A stretch of DNA of 52,553 nucleotides, counting the filler, from Sanchytrium tribonematis (taxonomy: Eukaryota), in NCBI GenBank assembly GCA_018985235.1. It is 6 parts of 6 records of this genome, joined end to end, with 100 filler letters (N's around TTAATTAATTAA, not from the genome) between each part and the next. Parts side by side here need not be neighbours in the genome. Positions count along the whole stretch, not along the records: positions 23,528 to 26,284 come from JADGIG010000995.1; positions 26,385 to 29,138 come from JADGIG010000996.1; positions 29,239 to 31,988 come from JADGIG010000997.1; positions 32,089 to 52,553 come from JADGIG010000098.1; 2 more parts are not named here. One strand, written 5' to 3'. Position 1 is the stretch's first letter. Each line of letters opens with the position of its first letter. A program made the translations under genes and the position numbers. Shown here in pieces: positions 23,747 through 35,023 of the stretch. The notes under the pieces were generated by a model that ran no database searches, was not told the DNA's origin, and saw only the letters and a list, made by a program, of their open reading frames with translations.

Positions 23747-25207
23747 ATGTTATTCACGCTCATTGTTTCTGCAGCAACAAATTGCTCCATTGTTATCCAA
23801 TTTGCACAAGATCTCAACATGAATATCGTCAATCCAGCATACTACAATTCCCTGTCCAATTGCTGCTCATCTGTTGGAGTGATTTGTAAACCAAATTCTC
23901 TAGTAGCGATAGATTGGTCCAACAAGGGTCTCAATGGCACATTAAAGAGTATTCCATCCATTATCACGGATCTCATCTTGTCAAGCAACTCAATTACTGG
24001 TCAAATCAATGGTTACATCCCCACATTCAGATTACTTGTCAACAAAAACAAATTAAATGGCACACTTCCACAATTACCAGATACAATGGCATCTTTAGAT
24101 GTTTCTAATTGTGATTTCACTGGTATGATGCCAAATATCCCCACAAGTATCCGATCTTTCAAAATAGATCAAAATGATTTTTATGGATTTCTACCACCAA
24201 TCAATCTCACAGCAATTACCAAATTATTTGAATTTACAGCAGGATACAACAGATTATCAGGGTCTATTCCTCAATTCCCAGATACTGTCAATTCTCTCAA
24301 ATTACTCAACAATCAATTTTCTGGTCCATTTCCAACAATCCCCAAATCTTGTGATACCCTATATATCCAAGTCAATAACATCTCTGGTAATCTCCCACTA
24401 TTTAGTACCAATCTCACTCAAATCTATTTTGGATTTAATCCCATTTCTGGTAATATTTCTCTTCAATCTTTTTCTCCCAATTTACAACAATTTGGTGCTC
24501 AAAATACCAGTATTTTTGGTGATTATAATGTCTTTCCAATAAATCTACAACGATTATTTGTCAGTTATACCAAATTAACTGGTAAATTAATCATTAATAG
24601 CCCCATGTCTTTAAAAGTAGATAATACTGGAATTACAGATTTATTCATTTTAAATCCAAGTATACTCGCATCACAAGTCAGTGCATGTGATTTAAAGAAT
24701 ACGCCATTGATTAAGAATCCCATTGTGTCCAATTATTCATTTTGTGTGGGTGTTCCCAAAATATTTCCAAAACCAATCACCAGTCAAATCACAGTGGCAA
24801 GCACTTCCCTTTCCAGCACTGTAGCATACACTGTCAATTACACTTTAAATAGCACGGTAGACAATGACAGTACCACAACAATGTCTCTACATTCTGCCAA
24901 TGTGTCTTCAACGTGGTCTAATTCCATCCAAATGGTCCCAACACGTGTTTATTTTAAAAAGACATCTTCGATCTCTAAATTAGAAGCATCGTCATTGATT
25001 TCATTATTAACTTCCACTGCCATCCCAACCATCTCAGCACAAGATGCTCCAGAACTCAATCTATCCAATCCATGGATCATTGTCGCATTAATCATTTCAT
25101 TATTGGGTGTATGCGCCATTATCACATTTATGGGTTGGAGATATAAATATCCTCAAATAAAACCCATGAAATCAGTGGATCAACAGTCTATCAGTACAAC
25201 TGGATAA
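23747..25207 (+). CDS. LRR receptor-like type I membrane protein
   Basis: Signal peptide, Cys cap (NCC..GVIC..IDWSNKGLNGT), ~21-aa LRRs NxLxGxxPxxP, Ser/Thr stalk, TM WIIVALIISLLGVCAIITFMGW, short tail. Confidence 0.85.
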   Translation: MLFTLIVSAATNCSIVIQFAQDLNMNIVNPAYYNSLSNCCSSVGVICKPNSLVAIDWSNKGLNGTLKSIPSIITDLILSSNSITGQINGYIPTFRLLVNKNKLNGTLPQLPDTMASLDVSNCDFTGMMPNIPTSIRSFKIDQNDFYGFLPPINLTAITKLFEFTAGYNRLSGSIPQFPDTVNSLKLLNNQFSGPFPTIPKSCDTLYIQVNNISGNLPLFSTNLTQIYFGFNPISGNISLQSFSPNLQQFGAQNTSIFGDYNVFPINLQRLFVSYTKLTGKLIINSPMSLKVDNTGITDLFILNPSILASQVSACDLKNTPLIKNPIVSNYSFCVGVPKIFPKPITSQITVASTSLSSTVAYTVNYTLNSTVDNDSTTTMSLHSANVSSTWSNSIQMVPTRVYFKKTSSISKLEASSLISLLTSTAIPTISAQDAPELNLSNPWIIVALIISLLGVCAIITFMGWRYKYPQIKPMKSVDQQSISTTG

Positions 25208-25321
25208 TAAATATTTGTTTCATTTTGCACGATTGGGATTGATACGCATCAGATGATGCCCCTTTTTGGACATCTGATTGATCTTTGGGAATTTAAAATT
25301 TAGAGGGGGGTATTCAGAGAC

Positions 25322-25981
25322 ATGTTGTTGTTTATTGTTTTGTTGTTTGCAATGAGACTTGAAGTAAATGGAAGAACTGGGGGATCTGAGAGATTGGTTA
25401 AAAGAACCAGAATCTCTACGATACTTGCTGTCATATGTGCAACAATTGTTCAAATGGAGAGAGCGGGAGCTTTTTTACCAGCACAGCATATAGGTTGCTA
25501 TAATGTTGGTAAGATTTTGAAAACCTGTAGTCGAGTGGCCCCAAAAACCACATCTGATTTATGCGAACCTGACACTTCAGCTCTTTCCAATGCTTTAGAT
25601 CTAAGAAAAGGTTTTGTTGGTGATCTCAGAAAATTCTTGGAGAACGATAAGGTTCCTAAAAATATGCTTTTTTTGCATTTTTTATACAAATATCAACTGA
25701 TTTCTTTGAGTGCATTGCAAAATATTTTGGCACCACTGGGGATTCCAGAACCACTTGGTAGAAAAATGTTTGATTTGATGACTAATTCAGTTTGTAAATT
25801 TGTTAAATCTGATCTAGAAATCAAAAGTCTAACGACGGAAATTGGAACTTCAAAAATTTGTAAAGGTGATACTGGTGAATTCAGTATTGGCGATAACACC
25901 GAAGCAACTCGCCAATATTTAACTGCTGATGAAAAGTATCTCGGTGTAGAGTTAACACTACCAGATGATGAGAGGATGTAA
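25322..25981 (+). CDS. Secreted hypothetical protein with an LVKR site followed by a second hydrophobic segment
   Basis: MLLFIVLLFAM...ERLVKR|TRISTILAVICATIV. Confidence 0.65.
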   Translation: MLLFIVLLFAMRLEVNGRTGGSERLVKRTRISTILAVICATIVQMERAGAFLPAQHIGCYNVGKILKTCSRVAPKTTSDLCEPDTSALSNALDLRKGFVGDLRKFLENDKVPKNMLFLHFLYKYQLISLSALQNILAPLGIPEPLGRKMFDLMTNSVCKFVKSDLEIKSLTTEIGTSKICKGDTGEFSIGDNTEATRQYLTADEKYLGVELTLPDDERM

Positions 25982-26133
25982 CAGAATAAACATTGTTAAA
26001 AAGCCATCATATCCTTATCAAAAATCATAAATTACATAATCAGAGCCACCAGGTAATTGAGATTCTTCATTAATCAATTTTTAATGTTTTGAAGTAAAAT
26101 TTTTCTACAACCCCACTCACTAAATGTATAGCA

Positions 26134-26284
26134 GCACATTGCTCAACAGAGCGACTGGGTAATTGGGGTTTGAAATTTCAATGTTTTAAAAAACAAACGC
26201 TTCAAAAATCTCCATGTCACAAAATCAAAATCAATTAAATCAAAAAATCCAACAATTGGCACAGCAATTACAGCAGAAACAAGA
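26134..26284 (+). repeat. Right copy of the inverted repeat, ORF start MSQNQNQ... (ATG 26214) reading outward
   Basis: GCACATTGCTCAACAGAGC...CAGCAGAAACAAGA matches the left copy. Confidence 0.9.
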
Positions 26285-26384
26285 NNNNNNNNNNNNNNNN
26301 NNNNNNNNNNNNNNNNNNNNNNNNNNNNTTAATTAATTAANNNNNNNNNNNNNNNNNNNNNNNNNNNNNNNNNNNNNNNNNNNN
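26285..26384. other. Artificial contig linker
   Basis: 44 N + TTAATTAATTAA + 44 N. Confidence 0.98.
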
Positions 26385-29138
26385 TAGGTAGTGGTCCCTT
26401 GAAATCAATATGTATTCTTTCTAAAATATTTGCAGGGATTCTAGTTTCAAATTGGTGTTGTAGTTTAGGCGCTTTAGCCAAAATACAAGTTTTGCAAGAT
26501 TTAACAAAATTCTTGATTCTAGATTGTTTTGAAAGAAAGTAGTAATCATTCAAGTATATAGATACCTGCTGTGATCCTGCATGTCCTGAAATAGCACTAT
26601 TGTGGGCTAGATTTAACATGAATTCTACTAAGTGTTCTGGAACACAGATTTTCATTTTGTTATTACTCAATTTGTACAAGACTCCGTCCACTTCTGCAAG
26701 TTTTGAAGTTTTGATTGATTTTTGAGCAATTAAAGCTAATTCTTTACTTTGTTCCAATTTCGAGTCAACAGATTCTAATGATTGAAGCACAATGCAATTT
26801 GGTTTAGCTTCCGAATCTGAAGGAGAAACTTGCTTTTCTTCTATATTCTTTGTTTTTGACCTTAAATTCATTGCCTTTAGCTCAACCGATGGGTCATACC
26901 CATATCTGCTTAATGCATCGGCGGCTGTATTTTTATTACCTGGTATATTGGCTATTGTTAGATGGTATTGCTGTAATTTGCATACCCATCTACCCAATCT
27001 ACCGGTTTGTTCTTGTTCGAACAACCATTTTAGATTTCCGTGATCTGTAAATATGGTGACATGTTTACCATATATAAAGGTACGAAATTTATCTAGAGCA
27101 AAAAGATTAGCTAAGCATTCTTTTTCTCGTGTATCGTAATTGAGTTCAGCATTCTTCAGACTTCTAGAAACAAATTAAACTGGTCTGCCTTGCTGAACTA
27201 ATACTGCTCCAATTCCGAATTTACTTGCATCTGTATAAACATAGAATGGGAGATCATATTGAGGATGTGCAAGTAGTATTTGAGGTGACAGTATAGCACT
27301 TTTTAAGGTTTCAAAAGCTTGCTGTTGCTTTTGAGTCCAAAGGAACTCCGCAGTTTTCTTAGTTAATTCATACAGTGGTTGACTAAGTGTGGCATATTTG
27401 TGTATAAAGCATCTACAGAAGCTCGTAAATCCTACAAATTGTCTTAATTCAGTTATATTCCTAGGGGGTTTGAAAGCTTTTACTGCTTCAATTTTTGGTT
27501 CAGTTGGTTGGATTCCATTACTTGATACTTTGAATCCTAAGTAATCCACTTCTGTCATTCCCAAATAGCATTTCTTAGCACTCAATGTAAGTCAATATAA
27601 GGCCAATTTGTTTAGGACCTTCCGGAACCTTTCTAATAGCTCTTCAAATGATGACGCATGAATTAGTAGGTCATCTAGATAGACCAACATAATTTTACAA
27701 ATGTCATCTGCAAAAATTGAGTCAATAAGTCGTTGAAAAGTAGCTGGAGCTGTAGACAATCCAAAAGGCATTACCGTAAATTGATAAAGTCCAAATGGTG
27801 TCGCGAAAGCTGTCTTTTCTTTGTCTTCCTCTTCCACTTTTATTTGCCAATAAAGTATCTAGTGCCATGTAGACTGTGCAATAAAGCTTGTAAGTTAGGA
27901 AGTGGATAAGCATCAAATTTTGTATGCTTATTAAGTGGCTTGTAGTTGACACAAAATCTCACTTGACCATCAGGTTTTGGAATCAGCACCACTGCTGCTC
28001 TCCAATCTGAATCTGACGGTTCGATAATTCCGTTTTCCAACATCTTTTGTACTTCTTCCTTGACAATGCCAATTTCGATTGACTTAGTCTCGGAATTCCT
28101 GCTCTGACAGGTTTGGTGACTTCTGTCCGAATGTGATGGCGAATTTTAACTCGGCTAGTGGTTTCCTTACCAAATATGGTTAAAAATTTGCTTGCCATTC
28201 GTAACAGAGCCGTGCGCTGATCTTCAGCTAGCTCAGGATTTATATTTAAATGCTCAGGAGTATTGTTTGAGTCCTTATATTCAGGTACTATAATATCATC
28301 ATACTCATGGCTTGAATCCTTTTGCAAGTGTTGAAATTCAAATGGATTTGGTCGTTTTGAATAAATGTAGCTTATGACATTGGTATAAATAGCAGATTCG
28401 TCATCAGATCGATTTATTCTTATAGGATGTCCTTTCACCCATACGAATTCAGAATCAAAATCGATTCGAATTTGAAATTCAAACATGCGGTCTCTACCAA
28501 TTATAATTGATTTTTCGTTTCCAGTATCTATTACTAAGAATTTAATTCGTAACGGAATCAAATCAAAGCAGACATTTGCAGATACTTCTCCAAAGATTTT
28601 GATTCCTTGACCATTAACTAAAGTCGAGCTTGAGTGGCTTGATTTAGATATTGGGAGTTTTAAATCTTGGGCAATCTTAATTGGCATAAAGCTATGGCTA
28701 GCACCAGTGTCAAATAAGAACGGGAATAGATTATTCCTAATTTTCCCTTTTAAGATGCAAGAAGGTAAATAAAACTCAGAATTCTTTACCGATTTCAACT
28801 CCGCCTTAGGATGATCTCCTTTGTACGGTTTCTTAGGAAAAGGAAATTTTGGTTTTCCAAATGTTTTCTTAAAATCTTCTTTTTCATTCTTGAATCATGC
28901 TTATAGTTTATCATTTCGATAATCTCGCTTTTTCTTATGATCATGAGAAGGTTCAAAATCTGATTCAAGAGTAATTGCTAGTTCATATGCATCTCTGACA
29001 GTCTTAATTCTGTCTCTTGTATATTCCGTTGCAATTGATCTTTCAATTCTTTTATCTTTCAAAGAAGAGCAAAATTTTCGGAAAAATGTCTTGCATGTCT
29101 TATAGTCTTCATCAAAATTGCACTTTTTGTGACTTTCG
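26385..29138 (-). mobile_element. Degenerate Ty3/Gypsy LTR retrotransposon internal region (gag remnant, PR, RT, RNase H, integrase start)
   Basis: LFDTGAS protease; KTAF.TPFG, MPFGL and YLDD RT; YTDASKFGIGAVL RNase H; HHCC and HIDFKGPLP integrase; Gypsy domain order; frameshifts and in-frame stops near 27175 and 27592. Confidence 0.95.
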
Positions 29139-29238
29139 NNNNNNNNNNNNNNNNNNNNNNNNNNNNNNNNNNNNNNNNNNNNTTAATTAATTAANNNNNN
29201 NNNNNNNNNNNNNNNNNNNNNNNNNNNNNNNNNNNNNN
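29139..29238. other. Artificial contig linker
   Basis: 44 N + TTAATTAATTAA + 44 N. Confidence 0.98.
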
Positions 29239-30709
29239 TAAACTCCTCCATGCTAACATTTGTATGTGATTCATCCCATGCATCTATAAAAGTCACTCCT
29301 AGTCTTTCATGTGTTGCAATAAATGTTTTATCAACATCAAAACCATCGTCATGCTTTGGGATACCCCCTGCTTCACACGCATTCAAAATAGTATCAACTG
29401 TGATTTTAGAGGATGCTTCTTTCACCCATGCAGTCATGGTATTGACATTTTTCAGTGATCCATGCTTTCTCGGTTTTGGTGACAAATATACCATTTTTTT
29501 CAATAATAACACCATCTTCAACACCTTTTAGAATCATGAATAGTTTTAGAAGCGTTCCATCTGGTTTAATTGCAAGAACACAGGTCATTCTTTCAGAATC
29601 CAACCCTGTCCCTTTGACCACAACACTAGAAGTATTTGTAACTTCTACTGTAGTAACTCGGCTGGATGAAAAATAGACGGCAGTCTCGTCCATAGCAATT
29701 AGGTTTCTAGATTCCAAGTAGTACTTATCACATAAGATATGTCTTAAATATCGCAAGTAATTTACCGATCTTTCGACTATCACATCATCACTTAACGTTT
29801 GCAATGAAGATTGTCTTCTCAATGATAGTCTAAATCGCTTAAAAAAAGAGTTTATCCACTTAAAAGACGCTTTGAATCTTTCAATTGAATTTTCGACAGT
29901 CATATCTTTTGCAATTTCAAACACTTTCTTTCGTGACACTCTGATTTTAAGCTTACGCAAATCCATGATTTGGTTGTAAATATTTGTTTCCAATGCACTA
30001 TTTGAAATTGGTTTGCTACCCCCTCCTGCGCATCTGTACTTATTTTTGCTCTTTTGTCTTGTGAATGATAATTCTGCTTCTTTAATTTTGGCCTTCTTCT
30101 TCATCCATTTGCGTAATACCGAATAATCAATGTGCTCTAAATTCTCAACTCGTTGTGCTTCTGCTATATTCTTTAATTCTTTTGCTTTTTGAATAAATTT
30201 AAGCTTCATTGAGTTTTCATATCTCTAGTTCTTGCCAGTACTTCCCATATAATAGCTGGGGGCGGTTCCGGGTTTTGTTCAAAAACAGAGTTCTTTCATT
30301 GGGTAAAGAAAAACCTGGACTACTGATTGGGTTAAACAATCAAATTCTATTGCGTACACGTCATTGGTTACAATGAAACAACAGAACTTAACTTAGCTCC
30401 GTCAGTATTCAAAATAAAACCCTCCCTTTGTAATTTATGGACTCCTATAAGCTGTATCTTTCATTTGCTTTCAACCAAATTAATTTTAAGAAGCTAAAAA
30501 TAAAAACATACATGCCAATACTCCCAGTTTCAAAAACAAATTAGCATGAAATTTTGAAATAAGGCATTTATTTGAAATATTGGGCTTTTATTACGAACTA
30601 TGGGCTATTAATAGGGATATGGGCAACTTTTTGATTTTAAATTAGCAATTGGGACACTATTGGGACTGGAACATTAATATGTATAGGGCACTTAATTGGC
30701 ATAATACGG
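29239..30709 (-). mobile_element. Degenerate pogo/Tc2-like DNA transposon (CENP-B HTH plus DDE transposase from about 30248 down to 29239); probable terminus at 30709
   Basis: FKASFKWINSFFKRFRLSLRR, IAMDETAVY, ERMTCVLAIKPDG and KAWI motifs; in-frame stop near the start, frameshift and deletion downstream; end reads TA|CCGTATT on the minus strand. Confidence 0.85.
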
Positions 30710-31257
30710 TAAATGGCGGAAGTTGTAAACGTCATTTTCAAGAAAATGTTGCAAATTGGAAAAAGAACGACATTAAAGACCGATGGGTCAGTGGAGCCGC
30801 TGGAGAATATGAAGAATACGACCAAATTTACCAAGAACTTGTGGATTTATATTCAGCGTATTTAACAGATCATAATGAAAACAAAGAAATAAAAGAAGAA
30901 GAGAAAAAGAAATTAGTAGAAGATGAAAAGCATGCATTGGAATTTAGAAAAAACGCTGCATTGAAATGGGGAGACAAAACAAATATGGAGGATCCAAAAA
31001 ACGTAAAGAATAAGAATAGGAAACGATCCGCTGCAAATAGTGATATTATTGATTTACAAAGCCTTGAAAATGTAAAAAGAGATAAATTGGATTTGCATCG
31101 CAAGAGATTCAAGTTGGATGAAACTCGCCTTGCATTAGAAGAACGAAGAGTAGATATGGAGGAAAAAAGAGTTGAAGTTGAACTACTTCGAGAGGAAAAC
31201 AAGGCTAAGGAAATGGAATTAATGAAAGAGATGTTTAGAAAATCCATATCTAAATAA
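30710..31257 (+). pseudogene. 5'-truncated Myb/SANT-like plus coiled-coil gene (possibly Harbinger-associated)
   Basis: SCKRHF..W, SGAAGEYEEYDQIYQELVDL and a charged coiled-coil C-terminus; its 5' end abuts the transposon terminus. Confidence 0.45.
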
Positions 31258-31408
31258 ATTTGGTGATCTATTTATTGAAATATTCTCTTAATGTTGGAAG
31301 TGGAATACCAAATGCCGTGGCTGTTTAATTACTGTAGCAACATGACCTGAAATTAGATAACAACACTGCCACACTATACATTGCAGAAACCGGCTGCAGC
31401 ATGATTTT

Positions 31409-31988
31409 TTGGTTCTTATAATAATCAATAAAGGCCCATTCTTTAACAACCTTTCCAAAGCCCCATCGAAACAAATTATCAAAGTATTGCCACCTGTTGC
31501 ATTTGATATTATTAGATATTTATTCAATTTAATAAATTCAACAAATGATATCCCATCTCAATGGAAAATACACAAGAGTATTTTGCAATCCATATTTCGC
31601 AAATTCTATTCATATTTTATCACCAAACAATTTAATGCATTTGATGAATTTATTGATCCTTACCAGATAGGATTCGTTGCAGGAAAGGATCCTTATTTTG
31701 GGATTTTGGCACTTGATTTTTTATTGTCCAAAAAGAAATTGAAAAACATTGGAGAAAATGGTATTCAACAAGTATTCCTCGATATCAAATCTGCATATGA
31801 TACAGTACCATGCCATAAATTATGGCTTTACTTGGAAAGAAAAGGATTTAAAACCAAATTATTGCACAAATTATTGCAAAATTTATTTGATGGAAATTCC
31901 ACTACAATATTTAAAAATGGCACTCCTGCATGCACAGTCAATCTAGAATTGGGACTTGCACAGGGTGATGTGCTCTCCACTTATTTAT
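31409..31988 (+). mobile_element. Non-LTR retrotransposon RT fragment (degenerate, cut by contig edge)
   Basis: QIGF, FLDIKSAYDTV and GLAQGDVLS motifs. Confidence 0.85.
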
Positions 31989-32088
31989 NNNNNNNNNNNN
32001 NNNNNNNNNNNNNNNNNNNNNNNNNNNNNNNNTTAATTAATTAANNNNNNNNNNNNNNNNNNNNNNNNNNNNNNNNNNNNNNNNNNNN
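31989..32088. other. Artificial contig linker
   Basis: 44 N + TTAATTAATTAA + 44 N. Confidence 0.98.
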
Positions 32089-32141
32089 TCAAATGAGCAT
32101 GAATTGATTCCCATTGCAATCATAATCATTAGTAGCCACAT
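32089..32141 (-). CDS. 5' end of array member 0 (MWLLMIMIAMGINSCSF..., cut by contig edge)
   Basis: Signal peptide plus Cys like its neighbours; family upstream motif at 32149-32162. Confidence 0.7.
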
Positions 32142-32148
32142 GTTGTCA

Positions 32149-32162
32149 CAAGGGAATTCCCC
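32149..32162 (-). promoter_or_regulatory. Family upstream motif GGGGAATTCCCTTG
   Basis: Near-identical motifs lie just upstream of the ATG at 32750-32763, 37852-37865, 38524-38537 and 39335-39348. Confidence 0.6.
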
Positions 32163-32184
32163 GTCTAAATGTCATTCATTTCAT

Positions 32185-32742
32185 TTATTCGTCTTTGATT
32201 TCCTTTGTCTCATCACCATTTGCTTTTTTCTTTCTAAATCTGTACATGACATCTTCAACAAGTGTCACTAAGAAAATCAAGCAATCCACTCCAATTGCAA
32301 CTTTCATGAGTTGGTCCTCATATTTCGTATCTATTGCTATAACTGCCATCAAGTTTGCAAATAACAAGAGACTCAATGAATATTTAACTTGCTTTGGCAT
32401 TGGTTGTCCTTTTACTTTATCTGATACCATGCGCTTCTTTAGTGGGTTAGACTTTGGAGAATCAAGATAATATTCTAAATAGAGTTTCAAGTATTTCAAC
32501 TCTTCATCATTGTAGATTTTGTTCAATTCATTCAAATCATGAATGGTGGGATCCACGAGTAGATGCCAATTAATGCGATTTAATAAATGCATTGCGTAAT
32601 CATCCTCAAGAATCTTTTCCTCTAATTGGTAAAGACGATTTACATTTTGAGGAGATGCACCGTGCATTGTTAATTGATCCCCAGTGATCTTATTTGGACA
32701 TACTGGATTTGCAATAATGATGATAATCCATGTCAACAACAT
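32185..32742 (-). CDS. Signal-pro-KR-2TM family member 1
   Basis: MLLTWIIIIIANPVCP...NPLKKR then two hydrophobic helices. Confidence 0.8.
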   Translation of the reverse strand: MLLTWIIIIIANPVCPNKITGDQLTMHGASPQNVNRLYQLEEKILEDDYAMHLLNRINWHLLVDPTIHDLNELNKIYNDEELKYLKLYLEYYLDSPKSNPLKKRMVSDKVKGQPMPKQVKYSLSLLLFANLMAVIAIDTKYEDQLMKVAIGVDCLIFLVTLVEDVMYRFRKKKANGDETKEIKDE

Positions 32743-32833
32743 GATGTCACAAGGGATATCTCCTGATTGCTTTGTGTTTGAAATTGGAGAACAGTAATTA
32801 CTATTGTGCAATGATTGAAATTAAAATTAAAAT

Positions 32834-33379
32834 TTATTCTGACAATTCTTGTGGCTCATGGAGAGAATCTTGTCGTGCATCAACAGTTTCTGCCCCTAAC
32901 AAAACACCCAATAATGCCACGATCAATGGCAATAATACACAACCAGCAGACATCATGATGCCCATCAATGGGACGTTGTAAGAAAGTGTTTGTAATGACA
33001 TATAATAAACCAGTAAAAGTAGCATTGCGGATGCAATTGAAGATGCAATTAATGGTAAATCGTATGTTTTCAATAGGCGGATCTTCATAGTCAGCGAGAC
33101 AACAACTGCAGATAAAATTGGAAATTGACTCAAATTAACTTGAATAGCCCATTTCTTTAGTTCTTCTATTTGCTCCCTCCTGTCAATATTCTTAATTTTT
33201 TCTACAATTGACATTATACCGATATTATCAATTGTGTTCCAAATTAATTGCTTACTATATCCAGCTATTGCTTCTTCGACCACCTGCAATTTCTGTTTTA
33301 CTTGACTAAACATTGGTACTTTAGGGCACTGAGGTGTCAGAGCAGGTGACGCAATCAACATGACTATGAAAAGAATCAT
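32834..33379 (-). CDS. Family member 2 (dibasic site degenerate)
   Basis: MILFIVMLIA..QCP...; two C-terminal TMs; KIRLLK in place of KR. Confidence 0.75.
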   Translation of the reverse strand: MILFIVMLIASPALTPQCPKVPMFSQVKQKLQVVEEAIAGYSKQLIWNTIDNIGIMSIVEKIKNIDRREQIEELKKWAIQVNLSQFPILSAVVVSLTMKIRLLKTYDLPLIASSIASAMLLLLVYYMSLQTLSYNVPLMGIMMSAGCVLLPLIVALLGVLLGAETVDARQDSLHEPQELSE

Positions 33380-33509
33380 CTGTTTTGGATAAACCCCTTG
33401 TACACCCAAATGACGTCATCGAGTGACACAGGGGTAAAATAGTCAATTTGTCATCCAGTTACAATTAAAAGGACTGTCTATGAATTAATAAAAATTAAAT
33501 TTGTTTTAC

Positions 33510-34112
33510 TTATTCTTGAGTTGATGCACCTGTGGTAATAGTCAAGTCCGATGGCAAATGCTGTAGCGGGGCTGGATGAATTACAACATCCTGATGACCT
33601 AATTCAATGTCATCTTCTTCAGTATCGATTCGAGGTGGTCTTTCATCAGCACACTTTGCAGCACCTAATACCAAAACAGTGCAAAAACTACTAAAACCCG
33701 CATAAAAGATATTATAACCATCCGAATGACCTTGACTTGTAGATTGAGCCCCATAAAATATAGCGATTAATGATATAAAACCAATTAAAACCAGTGAAAT
33801 TGGAAGTACTTCCAGTCTTTTATATAAGATGCGTTTCTTATATCCATCACCAATAGGCAAATTTAATTTTAGTGATATTGCCCATTGTTGCAATTTATCA
33901 GAATTGCGATTTTGAAGTGCATCTATTAAATCACCCAAATGCATTTCTTTCAACTTTGATTGAATCTGTGATTGAGAGAACCTTTTCCAAAAACCAATTG
34001 CATTCCAAAACTTTGTCTTCAAATGACTCGGCAAATCTATTTTGTCCAAGTCAATTGTTTTGGGACATGTATGTGCGCTCATCATTGCAAATAACAGAGC
34101 CATAAAGATCAT
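33510..34112 (-). CDS. Family member 3
   Basis: MIFMALLFAMM..TCP...YKKRILYKR then two TMs. Confidence 0.8.
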   Translation of the reverse strand: MIFMALLFAMMSAHTCPKTIDLDKIDLPSHLKTKFWNAIGFWKRFSQSQIQSKLKEMHLGDLIDALQNRNSDKLQQWAISLKLNLPIGDGYKKRILYKRLEVLPISLVLIGFISLIAIFYGAQSTSQGHSDGYNIFYAGFSSFCTVLVLGAAKCADERPPRIDTEEDDIELGHQDVVIHPAPLQHLPSDLTITTGASTQE

Positions 34113-34233
34113 CTTTGAATGGGGAGATCCATCTGTTCTCTTTTAATCATTTCCATGTCGTACAAGGAGTCAAGGAGGTCATACAAAATATATTGGATAG
34201 TATTCACGCTGATCATTGATTTATTCAACATTT

Positions 34234-34938
34234 TCATACAATGGATGCCACATCCCCAACATCTGAAGTATCTGAACCTGCAGCAGGAACAACAGCTGTT
34301 CTACGTCCAGATACATCTGGTACTCTATCATATGTGGTACCTGCAACTACAGCTGTTCTGCGTCCAATTGATGCTAAATTTGATGCACCCTCTTGTTCAT
34401 GAATACTGATTTCAACTATGAGACAAACTAGATTCATAACTTGATCAATTAGCAACGCAGCACCAATATAAGCTGGCACTGGGCGTATTTCATCACCAGA
34501 TACACCATAAATTGCAAAAATGGCACCAATGATCACCAAAAGAGAACACTTTGTTTTTGTAAATCTAAATAATTCGCGCTTCTTTAAATTGACATTACTA
34601 TGGTCTATCGTGCCCTTTTGATCCAATAAAAGAATGATATCTTTTAAAGGTTTTAATTGTGGGTCATTTAAATCGGTAATTTGAATGACTTTGACCAATT
34701 CAATTTGGAAATCGCGTACATCCAATTGTTGCATAGCTTGAATCTTTTGAATTAATGGTTGTAGAGCATTTAATGCGCTATCTAGTTGTGCGATTGCGTA
34801 ATCGCGTTTTAAGACATCTGTAATGGTTTCGATTGTCTGTAATACTTCAGGATTTACTAGAGGACATGTATCTGGACTCTCGGGTGTCCCATGGATGATT
34901 CCGCTAGTGTACATTGCCATTACAGTTACAATCAACAT
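34234..34938 (-). CDS. Family member 4
   Basis: DTCP...NLKKR then two TMs; tail has duplicated GRRTAVV. Confidence 0.8.
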   Translation of the reverse strand: MLIVTVMAMYTSGIIHGTPESPDTCPLVNPEVLQTIETITDVLKRDYAIAQLDSALNALQPLIQKIQAMQQLDVRDFQIELVKVIQITDLNDPQLKPLKDIILLLDQKGTIDHSNVNLKKRELFRFTKTKCSLLVIIGAIFAIYGVSGDEIRPVPAYIGAALLIDQVMNLVCLIVEISIHEQEGASNLASIGRRTAVVAGTTYDRVPDVSGRRTAVVPAAGSDTSDVGDVASIV

Positions 34939-35023
34939 GTGCAATGATGCAAGGAGATCCAATGACACATCAAATGACAGATCATCACGCCATCATGAAA
35001 CCAATTAGCAAATGATTGATTTA

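Noticed and set aside
27175..27594. In-frame TAA/TGA in Gypsy pol as evidence for an alternative genetic code
   Set aside because: Housekeeping genes end in TAA/TGA and have no internal stops; the element also has frameshifts, so this is decay
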